Of a stretch of DNA of 64,000 nucleotides, positions 62,201-64,000 are shown piece after piece. The number at the start of each line of letters is the position of its first letter. Within the stretch, counting starts at the first letter, position 1. Made by a program: the position numbers and the translations under genes. The DNA is taken from the NCBI GenBank assembly GCA_963729715.1, contig CAVSPA010000004.1:128001-192000 (forward strand). The letters are read 5' to 3'. The stretch comes from an uncultured delta proteobacterium. Its GTDB lineage: Bacteria; Desulfobacterota; Syntrophia; Syntrophales; UBA2185. The notes beneath the pieces were generated by a model. That model saw only the letters and a list, made by a program, of their open reading frames with translations, did not search any database and was not told the origin of the DNA.

Positions 62201-63550
62201 TCAAATCTTTTCTTCAATCATCCGGAATTCTCTTCTCTTCCAGAATAAGATGATAAAGAAAACAAGCAGATTTGAGATGGGTTGCGCCGCCCATACGCCC
62301 GCTAATCCGAAGTATGCCGGAAGAAAAAATAGCATGGGTATAAGAAGCAGGGTGTCGCGCGTCATCAATAAAAGCATGGATGTTAAACCCTTGCCCAAGC
62401 CGATAAACATATTGATCCACACAAGATTAGGACCGACCAAGAGGAGCATGGTGGCAAATATCCTCACGGCGGGCACGGCAATGTCCAAAAGTTCCCGGTC
62501 ATTGGTGAAAAGAAGCAGAATAGGGTAGGCAAATACTTCGAGAACCACAAAGGCCGTCAGGGAGAAAAGAACAGATATTTTGACGGCGACATTAACGGTT
62601 TCCATAAGCCGTTTATGGAGACCGGCGCCTTCGCTGAAGCCAACCATCGGCATTATGCCGTGTCCCATGCCAAACAATACCATGATAACAAGCTGATTGA
62701 TCCGGAAACAGAGACCAAGGGCTGCAATGGCCATGGATCCGAAGGCTCCCAAGACATGGTTGTAAACTATCATGACGAGACTGAAGACGAAGTTCATGAT
62801 AACTGACGGAAACCCCGTCTGATAGATGGAGGCTATTATGGAAAAATTCGGAATCATGTGCGACCAGCTTAAATTATATCTGGATGCATTCAATCTCAGA
62901 TAATAGAGAGAGAGAAGACTCGCCAGAAAATATGAGACGACTGTGGAAATTGCAGCACCCAGAATGCCCAGCGTCGGAAACAAGCCCAGACCAAAGATGA
63001 GAAAGGGATCGAGGATCGCGCCGGTCAATGACATGACCAGTATGACATACATTGACGCCTTGGGATTTCCCTCTGCTCTAAGCAGGTTATTGGAAATCAT
63101 CAGGAACAGCAAAAAGGGTGAACCAAATACGACAGTGGCGAGGTATTGCCTCGACAGGGGAAGAATATCTCCGGTGGCGCCGAAAATTTCCAGTATTTTA
63201 TCCTGATAAATAAGTGTAGTTATGATGATGATCAATCCGAGTAAGACGGAGAGAAGTATTCCCTGACCGGCGGTTTGACAGGCCTTCGTATGCTGTCCAG
63301 CACCGAACATGCGCGCGGCAAACGAACCGGCGCCGACACCCGTACCGACGCCGATGGCGCCAAATATTATTTGAATGGGGAAACACACGGTTAATGCAGC
63401 AACAGCCTGGGGGTCAAACCGGGTGAGCCAGAAGGTATCGACAAGATTGTAGAGGGCCATCGCAAACATTGCGGCTATGGAGGGCCAGCTCATCTTCAGA
63501 AGCAGCGGCAGAATAGGACCTTTGGCGAGGTCAAGACCATTGCTTTTCAT
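62201..63550 (-). CDS. MATE-family efflux transporter
   Basis: LYNLVDTFW, LRAEGN, ILDPFLIFG, GILGAAIST, GLAGVW; about 12 TM segments. Confidence 0.92.
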   Translation of the reverse strand: MKSNGLDLAKGPILPLLLKMSWPSIAAMFAMALYNLVDTFWLTRFDPQAVAALTVCFPIQIIFGAIGVGTGVGAGSFAARMFGAGQHTKACQTAGQGILLSVLLGLIIIITTLIYQDKILEIFGATGDILPLSRQYLATVVFGSPFLLFLMISNNLLRAEGNPKASMYVILVMSLTGAILDPFLIFGLGLFPTLGILGAAISTVVSYFLASLLSLYYLRLNASRYNLSWSHMIPNFSIIASIYQTGFPSVIMNFVFSLVMIVYNHVLGAFGSMAIAALGLCFRINQLVIMVLFGMGHGIMPMVGFSEGAGLHKRLMETVNVAVKISVLFSLTAFVVLEVFAYPILLLFTNDRELLDIAVPAVRIFATMLLLVGPNLVWINMFIGLGKGLTSMLLLMTRDTLLLIPMLFFLPAYFGLAGVWAAQPISNLLVFFIILFWKRREFRMIEEKI

Positions 63551-63799
63551 ATGTCCACCTGGGAATGTCAGGCATCATCTGTTATATGCGTTTTGCAGAT
63601 ACGAGGATGGATCGCGACGGAGCGGGGAATTGCCCGATGAACAGGAATTCATACGCATAGGGCCAAGTCCTTTGGCAAATGGGTCTGCAAATATTTGCAT
63701 TTTTAGCCGCCTAGTAATATAAAAAAACATTTCGCATACTATAGGTCCGTATCTATGTAATATATGCATGAGAGAGGTATATTTGCAAGTTACTGGGTT

Positions 63800-64000
63800 A
63801 TGGAGAAAATGCATTTCAATTTGATTGTTGTATTGGGGCCTACGGCTTCGGGCAAGACGCGATTGGCTGCCCGCCTGGCAAGGGATAGGGGCTCGGAGAT
63901 AATATCAGCGGACTCGCGGCAGGTTTACCGTGGTATGGATATAGGAACAGGCAAAGACCTTAGTGAATATATCGTAGATGGATTAGCTGTTCCATATCAC
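63800..64000 (+). CDS. miaA: tRNA dimethylallyltransferase, 3'-truncated by the window edge
   Basis: Not in the ORF track; translates [20 protein letters not shown]...[20 protein letters not shown]. Confidence 0.92.
   Translation, partial: MEKMHFNLIVVLGPTASGKTRLAARLARDRGSEIISADSRQVYRGMDIGTGKDLSEYIVDGLAVPYH

Noticed and set aside
63560..63670. Possible riboswitch in the MATE leader (GATGATGCCT resembles a fluoride-riboswitch 3' end)
   Set aside because: The matching 5' pseudoknot segment is absent; only a short long-range inverted repeat is visible.
1..64000. CRISPR arrays, rRNA, prophage, integrase or transposase genes, defence systems
   Set aside because: No regularly spaced repeats or recognisable marker proteins; recBCD and hrpA are ordinary housekeeping genes here.

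Overview
A 64-kb, mostly core-genome stretch of an anaerobic bacterium. Gene content and protein style suggest Desulfobacterota/Syntrophales-like (inference, not verified). From left to right it carries: a 5'-truncated hypothetical protein with a divergent RelA/SpoT synthetase-like motif set; an NTPase; recC-recB-recD; a Nudix hydrolase; GTP-dependent PEP carboxykinase; an orphan PTS EIIA-Man; rimI-pyrK-pyrD; hrpA; a glycogen locus (GH57 + glycogen-synthase fusion, and a eukaryote-type GH13_8 branching enzyme); a nucleoside salvage cluster around tRNA-Leu(TAA) (two tandem MTA/SAH-deaminase-like genes, NCS2 permease, apt, mtnP); a K+ channel; a sigma54 activator broken by an in-frame TGA upstream of a -24/-12 promoter driving a GntP permease / 3-hydroxyacyl-CoA dehydrogenase operon; a 2-oxoacid oxidoreductase operon whose delta subunit contains a GltD/NfnB-like flavoprotein insert; cstA followed by an unannotated candidate Cys-Sec selenoprotein with a SECIS-like hairpin, and decayed ackA and arsA-like remnants; then glyoxylate reductase, pepA, oppD/F-like ATPases, a MATE pump and the start of miaA. 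No CRISPR array, rRNA, integrase or transposase was seen. The strongest leads are the RelA/SpoT-like protein (1-1127), the hidden selenoprotein next to cstA (54761-55045), the GH57-GT5 fusion and the flavoprotein-fused 2-oxoacid oxidoreductase. All family calls are by motif recognition only; no searches were run.
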